52,503 nucleotides of DNA from a virus (lineage: Duplodnaviria > Caudoviricetes), in IMG/VR virus record IMGVR_UViG_3300027859_000025, positions 1 to 52,503 of that record; one strand, written 5' to 3'. Shown one piece after another: positions 16,843-28,100 of the stretch (within the stretch, counting starts at the first letter, position 1; each line of letters opens with the position of its first letter). Under the pieces are notes generated by a model, which made no database searches, was not told the origin of the DNA, and worked only from the letters and a program-made list of their open reading frames with translations. The position numbers and the translations under genes are program-made.

Positions 16843-19230
16843 ATGGGTATATACACCAATACTAGAAGTGCATTTCCTAGCCAAGTAGTTAGTGATCAAG
16901 AAAAAGCTAGCATTGAATATGGTAAGCAAGTAGCACAAGCTATAGAAGGAGAGTGGTTCTCGCAAGGTAGAACTACAGGAAATAGGTATATAACTAATTG
17001 GAATAATTTTAATCAATTAAGACTTTACGCGAGAGGCGAACAAAGTGTTCAAAAATATAAAGATGAATTATCTATTAATGGTGATTTGTCTTATCTTAAT
17101 TTAGATTGGACCCCTGTTCCTATCTTATCTAAGTTTGTAGATATAGTTGTAAATGGTATATCTCAAAAATCTTATGATGTAAAAGCTTATGCTCAAGATC
17201 CTGAATCTGTTAGAAAAAGAACTAACTATGCGACTAAGTTATATGAAGATATGATATCTAAAGAGTATCTTTTAAACTTAGAGCAAACGTTGGGTATTGA
17301 TGCATATCAATCTCCAAGTAAAGACGTAATACCTGAAACTCCAGAAGATTTAGAATTGCACATGCAATTAAGCTATAAGCAGTCTATAGAAATAGCTCAA
17401 GAAGAAGCTATATCCTCTGTGATGGCTCAAAATAAATATGATCTTACTAGAAGAAGGTTAAATATGGATTTAGCGGTTTGTGGTATAGCGGCTGTTAAAA
17501 CTGATTTTAATACTGCTAATGGAGTTACTATTGATTATGTTGATCCAGCTTATATGGTTTATTCGTATACAGAAGATCCAAATTTTGAAGATATTTACTA
17601 CGTTGGAGAAGTTAAATCTTTAACAATACCAGAGTTAAAAAAAGAGTTTCCGGGAATACCTGAAGATGAATTAAAAATTATTCAAAATACACCGGGTAAT
17701 AAATCTTATATAACTGGTTACGGTAATTATGATAACAATACTGTTCAAGTTCTTTATTTTGATTATAAAACATATCACAACCAAGTTTTTAAAATAAAAC
17801 AAACGGATCAAGGATTAATGAAAGCTATTGAAAAGCCTGATACATTTAATCCGCCAGAAAATGATAATTTTGAAAGAGTATCAAGATCAATAGAAGTTTT
17901 ATACAGTGGGGCCAAGGTTTTAGGAACTAATATAATGCTTAATTGGGAACTGTGTGAAAACATGACCAGACCTTATGCTGACACTACTAAGGTTAAAATG
18001 AATTATGCTATTTGTGCGCCTAGAATATACAAAGGTAGAATAGAATCTTTAGTAAGTAGATGCACTGGTTTTGCTGACATGATACAGTTAACTCATTTAA
18101 AACTGCAACAAGTAATATCTCGCATGGTTCCAGATGGTGTATATTTAGATATGGACGGTCTTGCTGAGGTTGATTTAGGAAATGGAACAAATTATAATCC
18201 AGCTGAAGCGCTAAATATGTATTTTCAGACTGGTTCTGTTGTAGGTAGATCACTTACTCAAGACGGCGAGATGAATGCTGGTAAAGTTCCAGTTCAAGAA
18301 CTACAAAGCGGAAGCGGTAATGCTAAAATAGCTAGTTTAATTCAAACGTATCAATATTACTTGCAAATGATACGCGATGTAACAGGGCTTAACGAGGCTA
18401 GAGATGGTAGTTTACCTGATAGAAACACATTGGTTGGATTACAAAAACTAGCGGCTAATGCATCTAATACGGCTACTAAACATATATTACAATCTAGTCT
18501 TTATTTAACTCTTAGAATATCAGAAAATGTAGCACTTAGAGTTGCCGATGCTTTAGAGTTTCCTCTTACTAAAAGCTCATTGCAAAATTCTATATCAACT
18601 TATAATATAAAAACATTAGAAGAGATAGTTAATTTAAATCTTCATGATTTTGGTATATTTTTAGAATTAGAACCTGATGAAGAAGAACAGGCTCAGTTGG
18701 AGCAGAACATACAAGCCGCTATCCAACAAGGCGGTATTAACCTTGAAGATGCTATAGATCTTAGACAGATTAAAAATCTTAAACTTGCTAATCAAATGCT
18801 TAAAGTTAAACGTAAAGCTAAGCAGAAGCAAGACATGGAGATACAGCAGTCTAATATACAAGCTCAAGCAGATGCTCAGGCTTCTACTGCTGAAAAAACC
18901 GCGATGGCAGAGGTGCAGAAACAAGAGGCTGTCACTAATACTAAAGTACAATTTGAACAATCAAAAAATCAAATGGAAATAGAAAGAATGCAAATTCAAA
19001 ATGAATTAGAAATTCAAAAAATGCAAAGAAGATTTGAGTTTGATCTTCAACTAAAGCAAATGGATATGCAAGCTGTTGGAGAAAAAGAAAAAATGATTGA
19101 AGATAGAAAAGACAAGCGTATAAAAATGGAAGGTACGCAACAAAGTGAAATGATTACGCAAAGAAACGTAGATGGACCTCCAATTAATTTTGAACAAGAC
19201 GTAGAGGTTGACATGAACGCCTTTATGTAG
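16843..19230 (+). CDS. Portal protein
   Basis: 795 aa immediately after terL; RDVTGLNEARDG; long Q/E/K coiled-coil C-terminus typical of podovirus portals. Confidence 0.85.
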   Translation: MGIYTNTRSAFPSQVVSDQEKASIEYGKQVAQAIEGEWFSQGRTTGNRYITNWNNFNQLRLYARGEQSVQKYKDELSINGDLSYLNLDWTPVPILSKFVDIVVNGISQKSYDVKAYAQDPESVRKRTNYATKLYEDMISKEYLLNLEQTLGIDAYQSPSKDVIPETPEDLELHMQLSYKQSIEIAQEEAISSVMAQNKYDLTRRRLNMDLAVCGIAAVKTDFNTANGVTIDYVDPAYMVYSYTEDPNFEDIYYVGEVKSLTIPELKKEFPGIPEDELKIIQNTPGNKSYITGYGNYDNNTVQVLYFDYKTYHNQVFKIKQTDQGLMKAIEKPDTFNPPENDNFERVSRSIEVLYSGAKVLGTNIMLNWELCENMTRPYADTTKVKMNYAICAPRIYKGRIESLVSRCTGFADMIQLTHLKLQQVISRMVPDGVYLDMDGLAEVDLGNGTNYNPAEALNMYFQTGSVVGRSLTQDGEMNAGKVPVQELQSGSGNAKIASLIQTYQYYLQMIRDVTGLNEARDGSLPDRNTLVGLQKLAANASNTATKHILQSSLYLTLRISENVALRVADALEFPLTKSSLQNSISTYNIKTLEEIVNLNLHDFGIFLELEPDEEEQAQLEQNIQAAIQQGGINLEDAIDLRQIKNLKLANQMLKVKRKAKQKQDMEIQQSNIQAQADAQASTAEKTAMAEVQKQEAVTNTKVQFEQSKNQMEIERMQIQNELEIQKMQRRFEFDLQLKQMDMQAVGEKEKMIEDRKDKRIKMEGTQQSEMITQRNVDGPPINFEQDVEVDMNAFM

Positions 19231-19256
19231 TTTTAATTATTTAATTATATTATATT

Positions 19257-20465
19257 ATGTCAGAAGTAAAAACAAATGAACCTGTTAAACAGGAAGGTGA
19301 GTTTAAATTAAAAACAAAAAAGAAAACACCTAAAAAATTAACCGAAACAAAGAATAACATTACAAAAGTAAATGTTAATCCAAAAGAACCTTTGGTTGAA
19401 TTAGAACCAGATGTTAAAAAAGTAACAATTCCAAAACAAAAAGAAGATGCCATTCAAATCGGAGAAACAAAGGAGGTATCTGTGGAAAAACCATCCGGAG
19501 ATAGCGCAACGGTGGGAGAACCTATACAAGAGTCCAACAAGACTACTGAAGGGTTTTCTCCAATCCAAGAAGTAACAGAAGCTGAAGTTAAACAAGTTGA
19601 AGCAGAAGTTAAAGAAGCTATAAGAGATGAAAAAATATTAGGTAAATCATTACCGGAAAATATTGAAAAGCTAGTTTCGTTTATGGAAGAAACGGGTGGG
19701 ACAATAGAAGATTATACTCGTTTAAATGCTGATTACAGCAGTGTAGACGATAAAACTCTCATTAAAGAGTATTACAAAAAAAATAAACCTTATTTGGATT
19801 CTGAAGATCTTGATCTTTTGTTAGAAGATTTTGACTATGATGAAGACTTAGATGAAGAAAGGGATATACGCAAAAAGAAACTTGCGTTTAAAGAAGAAGT
19901 TGCAAAAGCCAAGAACTTTTTAGAGGAAACTAAGAGTAAATATTACGACGAAATCAAGTTGAGACCCGGCGTTACTCAAGACCAACAAAAAGCTATGGAT
20001 TTTTTCAATAGATATAACAAGGAGCAAGAACAAGCTGAGCAACAGCATCAATTGTTTAAAGATAATACAAAAAAGCTTTTTAGCAATGATTTCAAAGGTT
20101 TTGATATCAGTGTTGGTGAAAAGAAATATAAGTATAATATTCAAAACAAAGATAAAGTTGCAGAAAGCCAGTCTAATATAACAAACCTCGTTGGGAAGTT
20201 CCTAGACGAATCTGGTAATGTTAAAGACGTTAATGGTTATCACAAGGCTATTTATGCTGCTGAAAATGTAGATAAGATTGCCGCTCATTTTTATGAGCAA
20301 GGAAAAGCAGACGCTGTAAAAGACGTTGTAAACAAATCAAAAAACTTGAGTGACACTAAAGCTAGGACTTCTCAAGGTGACGTGTATATTGATGGATTTA
20401 AAGTTAGAGCAATTTCAGGCGCTGATTCTACAAAACTAAAAATAAAAACAAGAAAATTTAACTAA
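19257..20465 (+). CDS. Capsid scaffolding protein
   Basis: Acidic, helical protein between portal and capsid genes. Confidence 0.7.
   Translation: MSEVKTNEPVKQEGEFKLKTKKKTPKKLTETKNNITKVNVNPKEPLVELEPDVKKVTIPKQKEDAIQIGETKEVSVEKPSGDSATVGEPIQESNKTTEGFSPIQEVTEAEVKQVEAEVKEAIRDEKILGKSLPENIEKLVSFMEETGGTIEDYTRLNADYSSVDDKTLIKEYYKKNKPYLDSEDLDLLLEDFDYDEDLDEERDIRKKKLAFKEEVAKAKNFLEETKSKYYDEIKLRPGVTQDQQKAMDFFNRYNKEQEQAEQQHQLFKDNTKKLFSNDFKGFDISVGEKKYKYNIQNKDKVAESQSNITNLVGKFLDESGNVKDVNGYHKAIYAAENVDKIAAHFYEQGKADAVKDVVNKSKNLSDTKARTSQGDVYIDGFKVRAISGADSTKLKIKTRKFN
19447..19575 (+). CDS. Overprinted 42-aa basic protein (+1 frame inside the scaffold gene)
   Basis: MPFKSEKQRRYLWKNHPEIAQRWENLYKSPTRLLKGFLQSKK; recalled resemblance to standalone phage MPFKS..QRR...HPE.A.RW proteins. 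Confidence 0.7.
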   Translation: MPFKSEKQRRYLWKNHPEIAQRWENLYKSPTRLLKGFLQSKK

Positions 20466-20478
20466 AAAATTTAAAATT

Positions 20479-21948
20479 ATGAGTTTAACTCCTCAATTTG
20501 GGTCTTTAATCCCATCTCAAACCCAGGAGCTATTGAATAGTAACTACCTACAGTTTAATGGTGGTACTTTAACCGGTGATTCTAATTCATTCGCCCAACA
20601 ATATCTTCCTGAAATTTATGAACAAGAAGTAGAGCGTTATGGAAACAGAACGTTATCTGGATTCTTGCGAATGGTTGGCGCTGAAATGCCAATGACATCT
20701 GATCAAGTAATTTGGTCTGAACAAAATAGATTACACATATCTTATGATAACTGTACTTTTGCCGCTGGTGTAATTACAGTTGCTCCTTTAGCTGGATTTC
20801 CAGGCACACAAAACGTTATATCAGTAAATGATACTGTTGTTCTTTTAGACACCGCTACAGGTGCTGAAGAAAAAGGTATTGTTACTGCTAGCGTATTAGG
20901 TGATGCTGCTACGGATGGAACAATTACTGTCGCTGGATTTGGTGGAGCTGCCGTAGTAGGTGGAGCTGCTTTAACAAGTGGTAGCATTAAGGTGTTTGTA
21001 TATGGTTCTTCTTACGCAAAAGGAACTAGCATGTTAGCTGGTGGTACTGTTGCTGCTGGAACTCAGCCTAGAAACTCTGTGCAACCTCAACTTACTCAAT
21101 TTTCTAACTCACCAATTATCCTAAGAAACCAATACATAGTATCTGGTTCTGATATGGCTCAAATCGGTTGGGTAGAAGTTGCTACTGAAGATGGCGCTTC
21201 TGGATACCTATGGTATTTAAAAGCTGAATCTGAAACTCGTTTACGTTTTGAAGATTACTTAGAAATGAGTATGATTGAAAGTGAGTATAACCAAGCCGCT
21301 GTAGGACCTGGTGTAGGATTTGGTGTTGTACCAGGATCTGAAGGTTTATTTGCTGCTATTCAAGCTCGTGGTAATGTAAACGTTGGATTTACTGCTGCTG
21401 CAGGAATTGGTGACTTTGATGACATTTTGAAAAACTTAGATACTCAAGGTGCTATTGAAGAAAACATGTTATTCTTGCAAAGACAAACTGCTTTAGATTT
21501 TGATGATATGCTAGCTGGTATTTCTGCTGGATCTGCCGGTGGTACTGCATTCGGTTTATTTGAAAATTCTGAGGAAATGGCATTAAATCTTGGATTTAGT
21601 GGTTTCCGTAGAGGATCTTATGATTTCTACAAAACTGATTGGAAATACTTAAATGATGCTTCTACTCGTGGAGGTGTTACAGGTGTTAATTCCATTGAAG
21701 GTGTATTAATACCTGCTGGAACATCAACTGTTTATGACCAAGTTTTAGGAACTAACATCCGTAGACCTTTCTTGCACGTACGATACAGAGCTTCACAAGC
21801 TGATGATCGTCGCATGAAGTCTTGGTTGACTGGTTCTGCTGGTGGTGCATTTACATCTACTTTAGATGCTATGGAAGTAAACTTCCTATCTGAGAGATGT
21901 TTAGTAACACAAGCTGCTAACAACTTTGTATTATTCAAAGGAGTGTAA
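20479..21948 (+). CDS. Major capsid protein
   Basis: 489 aa after the scaffold gene; strong T-ending codon bias; followed by a terminator. Confidence 0.85.
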   Translation: MSLTPQFGSLIPSQTQELLNSNYLQFNGGTLTGDSNSFAQQYLPEIYEQEVERYGNRTLSGFLRMVGAEMPMTSDQVIWSEQNRLHISYDNCTFAAGVITVAPLAGFPGTQNVISVNDTVVLLDTATGAEEKGIVTASVLGDAATDGTITVAGFGGAAVVGGAALTSGSIKVFVYGSSYAKGTSMLAGGTVAAGTQPRNSVQPQLTQFSNSPIILRNQYIVSGSDMAQIGWVEVATEDGASGYLWYLKAESETRLRFEDYLEMSMIESEYNQAAVGPGVGFGVVPGSEGLFAAIQARGNVNVGFTAAAGIGDFDDILKNLDTQGAIEENMLFLQRQTALDFDDMLAGISAGSAGGTAFGLFENSEEMALNLGFSGFRRGSYDFYKTDWKYLNDASTRGGVTGVNSIEGVLIPAGTSTVYDQVLGTNIRRPFLHVRYRASQADDRRMKSWLTGSAGGAFTSTLDAMEVNFLSERCLVTQAANNFVLFKGV

Positions 21949-21963
21949 TTACTTCTTAAAACT

Positions 21964-22010
21964 AAACCCCATGGGGCTACATAGTGAGCGTAGCCCTGGG
22001 GTTTTTTATT
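21964..22010 (+). terminator. Rho-independent terminator after the capsid gene
   Basis: AAACCCCA-TG-GGGCTAC...GTAGCCC-TGGGGTTT stem running into a T-tract. Confidence 0.85.
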
Positions 22011-22032
22011 AACTATTTAATCTTATTATATT

Positions 22033-22851
22033 ATGGCTAAAAAAGCTACAGCAGTAGAAACTGTTGAGGTTGCACCTCAAGAAGTGGTTACAAAAACCCC
22101 ACTTAAACCCACAAAACCAGCGTGGGAAATTAAAGATAGAGTTTATTATTTAAAAGGAAATAAATCTCCTTTAACTCTTACTATACCAGGAAAGCATACT
22201 AAAAAACATGCTTTATTATATTTTGATGAAAAAACTGGTAAACAAAGAGAAATTAGATATGCTACAAATCAAGATTCTCCTCTTGTTGATGAACAAAAAG
22301 GTGAGTGTACAATGGGTCATATTAGATTTCATGACGGTTCTTTAACTGTAAAAAAAGAAAAACAAAACTTACAGAAACTACTTTCATTATATCACCCTTT
22401 AAAAGGTAAATTATATGAAGAGTTTAATGCTAAGGCAGAAGCTACAGATGAGTTAGGTCTTTTAGATCTTCAAATAGACGCGATGAATGCTGCTAGAGCT
22501 ATAGATATAGATCAAGCTGAAGCAATTCTTAGAGTAGAGTTAGGATCTAAAGTTAATTCTATGAGCTCTAAAGAGTTAAAAAGAGATTTGCTTTTATTCG
22601 CAAGATCTAATCCACAGTTGTTTATTAGCTTAGCTAATGACGAGAATGTTCAATTAAGAAATCTAGCTATTAGAGCTCGTGAAGCTGGTATTATTAATTT
22701 ATCACCAGATCAAAGAACATTTACGTGGGGATCAAACGGTAGAAAATTAATGAACGTACCTTTTGATGAAAACCCTTACTCAGCATTTGCTGCTTTCTTG
22801 AAAACAGACGAAGGTGTTGAGATCTATAAGTCTATAGATAAAAAACTATAA
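22033..22851 (+). CDS. Hypothetical morphogenesis-region protein (272 aa)
   Basis: ORF track; between capsid and tail genes. Confidence 0.8.
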   Translation: MAKKATAVETVEVAPQEVVTKTPLKPTKPAWEIKDRVYYLKGNKSPLTLTIPGKHTKKHALLYFDEKTGKQREIRYATNQDSPLVDEQKGECTMGHIRFHDGSLTVKKEKQNLQKLLSLYHPLKGKLYEEFNAKAEATDELGLLDLQIDAMNAARAIDIDQAEAILRVELGSKVNSMSSKELKRDLLLFARSNPQLFISLANDENVQLRNLAIRAREAGIINLSPDQRTFTWGSNGRKLMNVPFDENPYSAFAAFLKTDEGVEIYKSIDKKL

Positions 22852-22860
22852 AAACAAGTG

Positions 22861-22899
22861 ATACTATAACATGGGCGGTTTCGGCCGCCTTTATAGTAT
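22861..22899 (+). terminator. Hairpin or possible terminator
   Basis: GGCGGT-TTCG-GCCGCC-TTT, with an outer ATACTATAA/TTATAGTAT arm. Confidence 0.6.
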
Positions 22900-22913
22900 A
22901 TAAAAAATATAAA

Positions 22914-23909
22914 ATGGCAGTAAACGTAAATACAGTATATCAAACAGTCTTGTATATATTAAACAAAGAACAAAGAGGTTACGTAACTCCTTCGGAGTTT
23001 AACAGTATTGCTGATTTAGTACAAAAAGAAATATTTCAATCTTACTTTCCAGACGGTAATCAAGTAAATCGTCAAAACCAAAATAACACTCAAAACGATA
23101 CAGAGTTTTTTAACATGTATAAAGATATAGCTTATAAGTTGTATCCTTTTGAAAAAGAAATTGCTTTCACGTATAATTCAAATAATAATTGCTTTTATAA
23201 TAATACTAACTCTATAGTATATAAAATAGGTGAAGTTATAACTACCTATAATGGTCAACCTCAATATGACTCTATAACGCAGTTAGTTAGTAAGAAAGAT
23301 TTTGATAAAATAACAAGATCTAAACTAACCGCTCCCACAAAACAATATCCTTTATTTTACACAACAAACGCTTCTATTAACACTGGAACCAACTCCTTGC
23401 TAAGTGCTGGCACAGGTTATGATGCAATGCCTGCAACAGGAGCCACCACAGGTAGCGCCACGGGAACTGGACTTACTGTTAATGTTACACAATCAGCTGG
23501 TGCAATACAAACTATTTTTATAACAAACTTTGGTAGTGGTTATAATTCTGGTGATATTCTAACTATAGTTGGAGGTAATAATAATGCTACTTTTACTATA
23601 CAACCTTCAAATCAATTAGCTTTAAAAATATTTCCATCACCTACAATTAATGACGCAGTTAAAGTTAATTGTGTAACAAATCCTAGTAGTCCTTTTTGGG
23701 ATTTTACTATAGGTACTGTAGGTCAATATGTTTTCTTACCAGTAGGATTTACATCATCATCTTCTTTAGATTTTCAATTAGATATTTCAGAACAAGCAAA
23801 TATAATTATAAATATATTAAAGTATTTTGGTGTAGTCATAAATGATCCCAATATTATAGATGTGGCGGCTCAAGAGGCTCAAGCAACTGAAATAAATTTA
23901 AAATCTTAA
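22914..23909 (+). CDS. Putative head-tail adaptor or tail ring protein with an inserted Gly-rich module
   Basis: Position; helical N- and C-termini; GTGY...GSGY module at about 23403-23600. Confidence 0.6.
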   Translation: MAVNVNTVYQTVLYILNKEQRGYVTPSEFNSIADLVQKEIFQSYFPDGNQVNRQNQNNTQNDTEFFNMYKDIAYKLYPFEKEIAFTYNSNNNCFYNNTNSIVYKIGEVITTYNGQPQYDSITQLVSKKDFDKITRSKLTAPTKQYPLFYTTNASINTGTNSLLSAGTGYDAMPATGATTGSATGTGLTVNVTQSAGAIQTIFITNFGSGYNSGDILTIVGGNNNATFTIQPSNQLALKIFPSPTINDAVKVNCVTNPSSPFWDFTIGTVGQYVFLPVGFTSSSSLDFQLDISEQANIIINILKYFGVVINDPNIIDVAAQEAQATEINLKS

Positions 23910-23913
23910 ATAA

Positions 23914-25143
23914 ATGAGTCAAGAAACAAACCAACAGTATTATCAAGGCGCTCAACCTTTTTTAATACCATCTACTGGAATTAATCAGGAGTTTACTACA
24001 ACTTTTGATACAGATTTAGTTTTTGGTCATTTTGATCCAAACAACGTAGACTATGCTTTAAACAACTTTAAAGTTTATACAAGTTCCTCTGGTTCACCAG
24101 GTAGTTTTACAGAATATACTAGTTCTTATACAGTAACAAATAATGTTATAAAAATAGTTGGTTCTTTAACAATAAATCATTATTTAGTTGTTCAGCTAAA
24201 AACATTAGATGGTGGAAAATATGGGGATTCTGTTGCTGGAACCGGTTTTGATGCTTTTGGTGACACTGTAGAAGAAAACTATGGAGGATATGAATATATA
24301 ACTTTAAATGATGCTATAGATAACTTTATGGTTGGCTACGTAGGAGACGGAAAAATACTACAAAGAGCAGATAAATCTGATGTATTGTTTTTTGCTAAAC
24401 GATCTTTACAAGAGTTTAGTTATGATACATTAAAAAGTATACATTCACAAGAACTCACAGTACCGGCATCGTTAAGCTTGGCATTACCCCAAGACTATGT
24501 TAATTATGTTCGAGTGTCTAGAATAGACTCTTTAGGTATAAAAAGAATTATATATCCTGTAAATAATCTTACAATAAATCCATATAATAATCCAGTTCAA
24601 GACGCATCTGGGGTTCCTACTCAAGACAACTTTGGCGAAAACATAGAAGGTACTTCTATTACAGAAAAAAGATGGGATAAAGCAAACTTAAATTTACTTA
24701 ATTTTAACTTATTAAACAATTTTGATGATTTCGCTTACTGGTGGAATTTATACGGTTTTGATGGTAATTTTAATACAGGTAGATTATACGGCTTGGATCC
24801 ACAGACTTCTCAAATAAATGGTTGGTTTAGTATTAATCACAGAGAAGGTAAAATATCTTTTTCAAATGGATTAGCAAATAAGCTAATTGTATTAGAGTAC
24901 ATATCTGATGGTTTAGGAACTGATTTAGATACTAAAGTTCCTAAGCTTGCAGAGGATGCTTTATACGCGTCTATACTGTACAATATAGTATCTGTTAGAG
25001 CAAATCAAGATCCTAACAATGTAATGCGACTTAAAAGAGACAGGAGCGCTAAATTAAGAAATGCTAAAATAAGATTATCTAATATTAAACTTGATGAAAT
25101 AGTACAAGTTATGCGAGGTAAATCTAAATGGATAAAACACTAA
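23914..25143 (+). CDS. Putative tail ring/tubular protein
   Basis: Position; LPQDYVNYVRV and IVLEYISDG segments. Confidence 0.6.
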   Translation: MSQETNQQYYQGAQPFLIPSTGINQEFTTTFDTDLVFGHFDPNNVDYALNNFKVYTSSSGSPGSFTEYTSSYTVTNNVIKIVGSLTINHYLVVQLKTLDGGKYGDSVAGTGFDAFGDTVEENYGGYEYITLNDAIDNFMVGYVGDGKILQRADKSDVLFFAKRSLQEFSYDTLKSIHSQELTVPASLSLALPQDYVNYVRVSRIDSLGIKRIIYPVNNLTINPYNNPVQDASGVPTQDNFGENIEGTSITEKRWDKANLNLLNFNLLNNFDDFAYWWNLYGFDGNFNTGRLYGLDPQTSQINGWFSINHREGKISFSNGLANKLIVLEYISDGLGTDLDTKVPKLAEDALYASILYNIVSVRANQDPNNVMRLKRDRSAKLRNAKIRLSNIKLDEIVQVMRGKSKWIKH

Positions 25144-25149
25144 AATTTA

Positions 25150-28100
25150 ATGGCAGAAGTTAAAAACAGCTTTTTGAGATCTAAAATGAATAAAGATCTC
25201 GATGATAGGTTAATGCCTGAGGGTGAATATAGAGATGCAAAAAATATTTCTATAAATAAATCACAAGGAGATGGTAGTTCTGAAGGCAATGTTGGAACTG
25301 CACAAACTGTTCTAGGTAACACATTACTTATAGATTTTAATTCATCTATATCTAGTAGTCCAGTTAATCTAGAAGTTATAGGTTTATTGCCTAGTGACGC
25401 TCAAGATAAAGTTTTTGCTTTTTTGACAAACAACACGATACAACCTTATGTCCCTGAAGGAGCAGTGGGTTTAAGTTATTTATATCCTGAAAACCAAAGC
25501 ACTACTTCTAGCGCTTTAACTTTAGTTGACGGGGGTGAAGGATACTCGGTATCTACAGCTACATCTTCTGGAGGATCTGGTACTGGTATGACTTTTAACG
25601 TGACTAGTGTGGTTGCTGGAAAAATAGTTTCTATTTCTATCAATAATGACGGAACTGGTTATAGAGTTGGAGATGTAGTTAACGTAATTCAAGCAGGTGG
25701 ATCTAATGCTTACGTAGAATTAACAAGTGTTGTGGGGCCTTTAGTGCTGGCGACTGGTGGAACTGGTTATACCGCGGGTACTAAAACTACAACTGGAGGT
25801 TCAGGCTCTGGGCTTACTGTATCTATAACGGTAGATGGTCTTGGTGCAGTTACAGCTGCTGATATAGTTTCATTTGGCGGTGGTTATCAATTTGGGGATG
25901 TTATTACAATAGTAGACGCTGGTAGTACATCACCAGCTACATTAAAAGTTTTATCTTTACTACAATCTTATTCAGCTATAGTCTCTTATAACCCTGTTTT
26001 AAATACTGATTTTAAAATAATAGTTGAAGGATCTTGGCTTAATTTTTCTACTTTAGCACCTTTTTATGCTTTAAATCTTATAGAAGAATTATTGTTTTTT
26101 ACAGACAATAGAAATCAACCTAGAAAAGTAAACATAAACAACCCCAGTGGTTATTATTCTAATGAAGACCAAATATCTGTAGCTAAATATTATCCTTACG
26201 AAGCTATGGAAGTTTACCAGCCATGTCCAATACCTGGAACAATCGGTACTAGCGTAAACCCGGTGCACGAAGCAGATTCATTTTTAACTACAAATAGCAC
26301 AACGTTAAATTTTGATCCAGCCACTTTTACTAACCCAGCAGATCCTACTAACTTGGGAGTAGTTGGAAGTTTAGCTTCAAGTATAGTTGGAGGAACAGGT
26401 TATACCGCAGGCTCTGGAATATTAACGTCTGGAAGTTTAGGTAGAGGATTAACAGTTACAATAGTTGTAGCTGCAGGAGTTGTTACAGGGGTTACTATTG
26501 ACAATTTAGGAAACGGCTATACCAATGGTGAAACTATAACTATATTAAGTGGAAATAACGATGCTACTTTTGTTTTAAACTTTATTTTACCTCAAACCTT
26601 CGTTGTTAATGGGTCTAATTTTGCGGCTGGAGACGTTGTAGTTAATCAAAACCAAACTGTTCCAGCTAATATGGCTCTTGATTTTGTAGAAGCTGAAACA
26701 ACACTGCAGGATGCTGTAGCTGAGTACTTATCTCCAACAGCGACTTCATTAGTAGGAGCAACTGCTGCACCTACTACAACCTCTTTTGATTTAACAGTGG
26801 CTGATTATCAAGGTTATTTTGATGACGGTGGCGCTAATTCTTCGATGTTTGGTTACACGGTGTTTTTGGAAATCAGCCCAGGTGTTTTTGAGTCTAAAAA
26901 TTCACAAGTAACAGCATTAGCCAAAACTGCACCTGGAACAATTAGTGTTACGTGCTCTCCCGCTTTAGCCGCGCCCTTTGTGGTGGGTGATAAGGTTTTA
27001 TTAGCCATACCAAACCCTTATTTTGATTCTAATTTTAAAAGCAATGCTAATATAGAATATCTGTCAGATAAATTTGTTAGATTTTCTTATAGATATAGAT
27101 TCGACGATGGTGAGTATTCTTTAATTGCTCCTTTTACTCAACCTTGTTTTATACCTGAGCAAGATGGTTATTTTACTTCAAATATAGAAGGAAGCTTTAG
27201 TGGTGGTACTGAAAATATAGTATCAGATGAAGAACAAGCTTATAGAAGTACGGAAGTTGCTTTTATGGAAAATAAAGTTAATAAAATACTTTTAAATATT
27301 CCTCTTCCTTCTACAGCAGGAAACTTGTTTACAAATTTTAAAGTTTCTGAAATAGATATATTATATAAAGAATCTGATCAAACAACCATAAAAGTAGTTG
27401 AAACCATACCGACCACCAACAATGTAAGTGGTAGTTCTAATTTTTATAAATATGAATATGGTTCAAAACAACCTTTTAAAGTTTTACCACAAGTCGAAAC
27501 AACAAGAGTTTATGATAAAGTACCTGTTAAAGCTTTAAGTCAAGAAGTAGCTAGCAATAGAATTATATATGGAAATTATCAAGACAAGCATACTCCACCG
27601 TCTTTTCTAGACTATACACTAAATGTAGATATAAAAGGTGGTACTAACCAGCAATTTAGTGTATCTAAAAACAAGGTTGACTCTAAAACAAGTGTTGTTG
27701 AATACCCTAATGCAACATTAAAACAAAATAGAAACTATGAAGTAGGTGTAGTGTTGGCTGATAGGTTTGGAAGACAGTCTACTGTTATATTCTCAAAACA
27801 GTCTAAATTTGCTTCATTAGGAGAATTTTTAGCATCGTCTATTTATTCACCTTATAGAGGTCCAAATGAAGCTTCTCCTACAGCTGGTATACAAGATTTT
27901 GATGGCAATGCTTTAAACATACAGTTTAATGATTTAATAAGAAGTCAAAAAGATCCAAACAATCCGGGTATTCCAGGGCTTTATAACTCAGATCAAACTT
28001 CACCCGATTATAATCCACTAGGATGGTATAGCTTTAAAATAGTTGTTAAACAAACAGAGCAAGATTACTACAACGTGTATATTCCAGCTGCAATGGCTTC

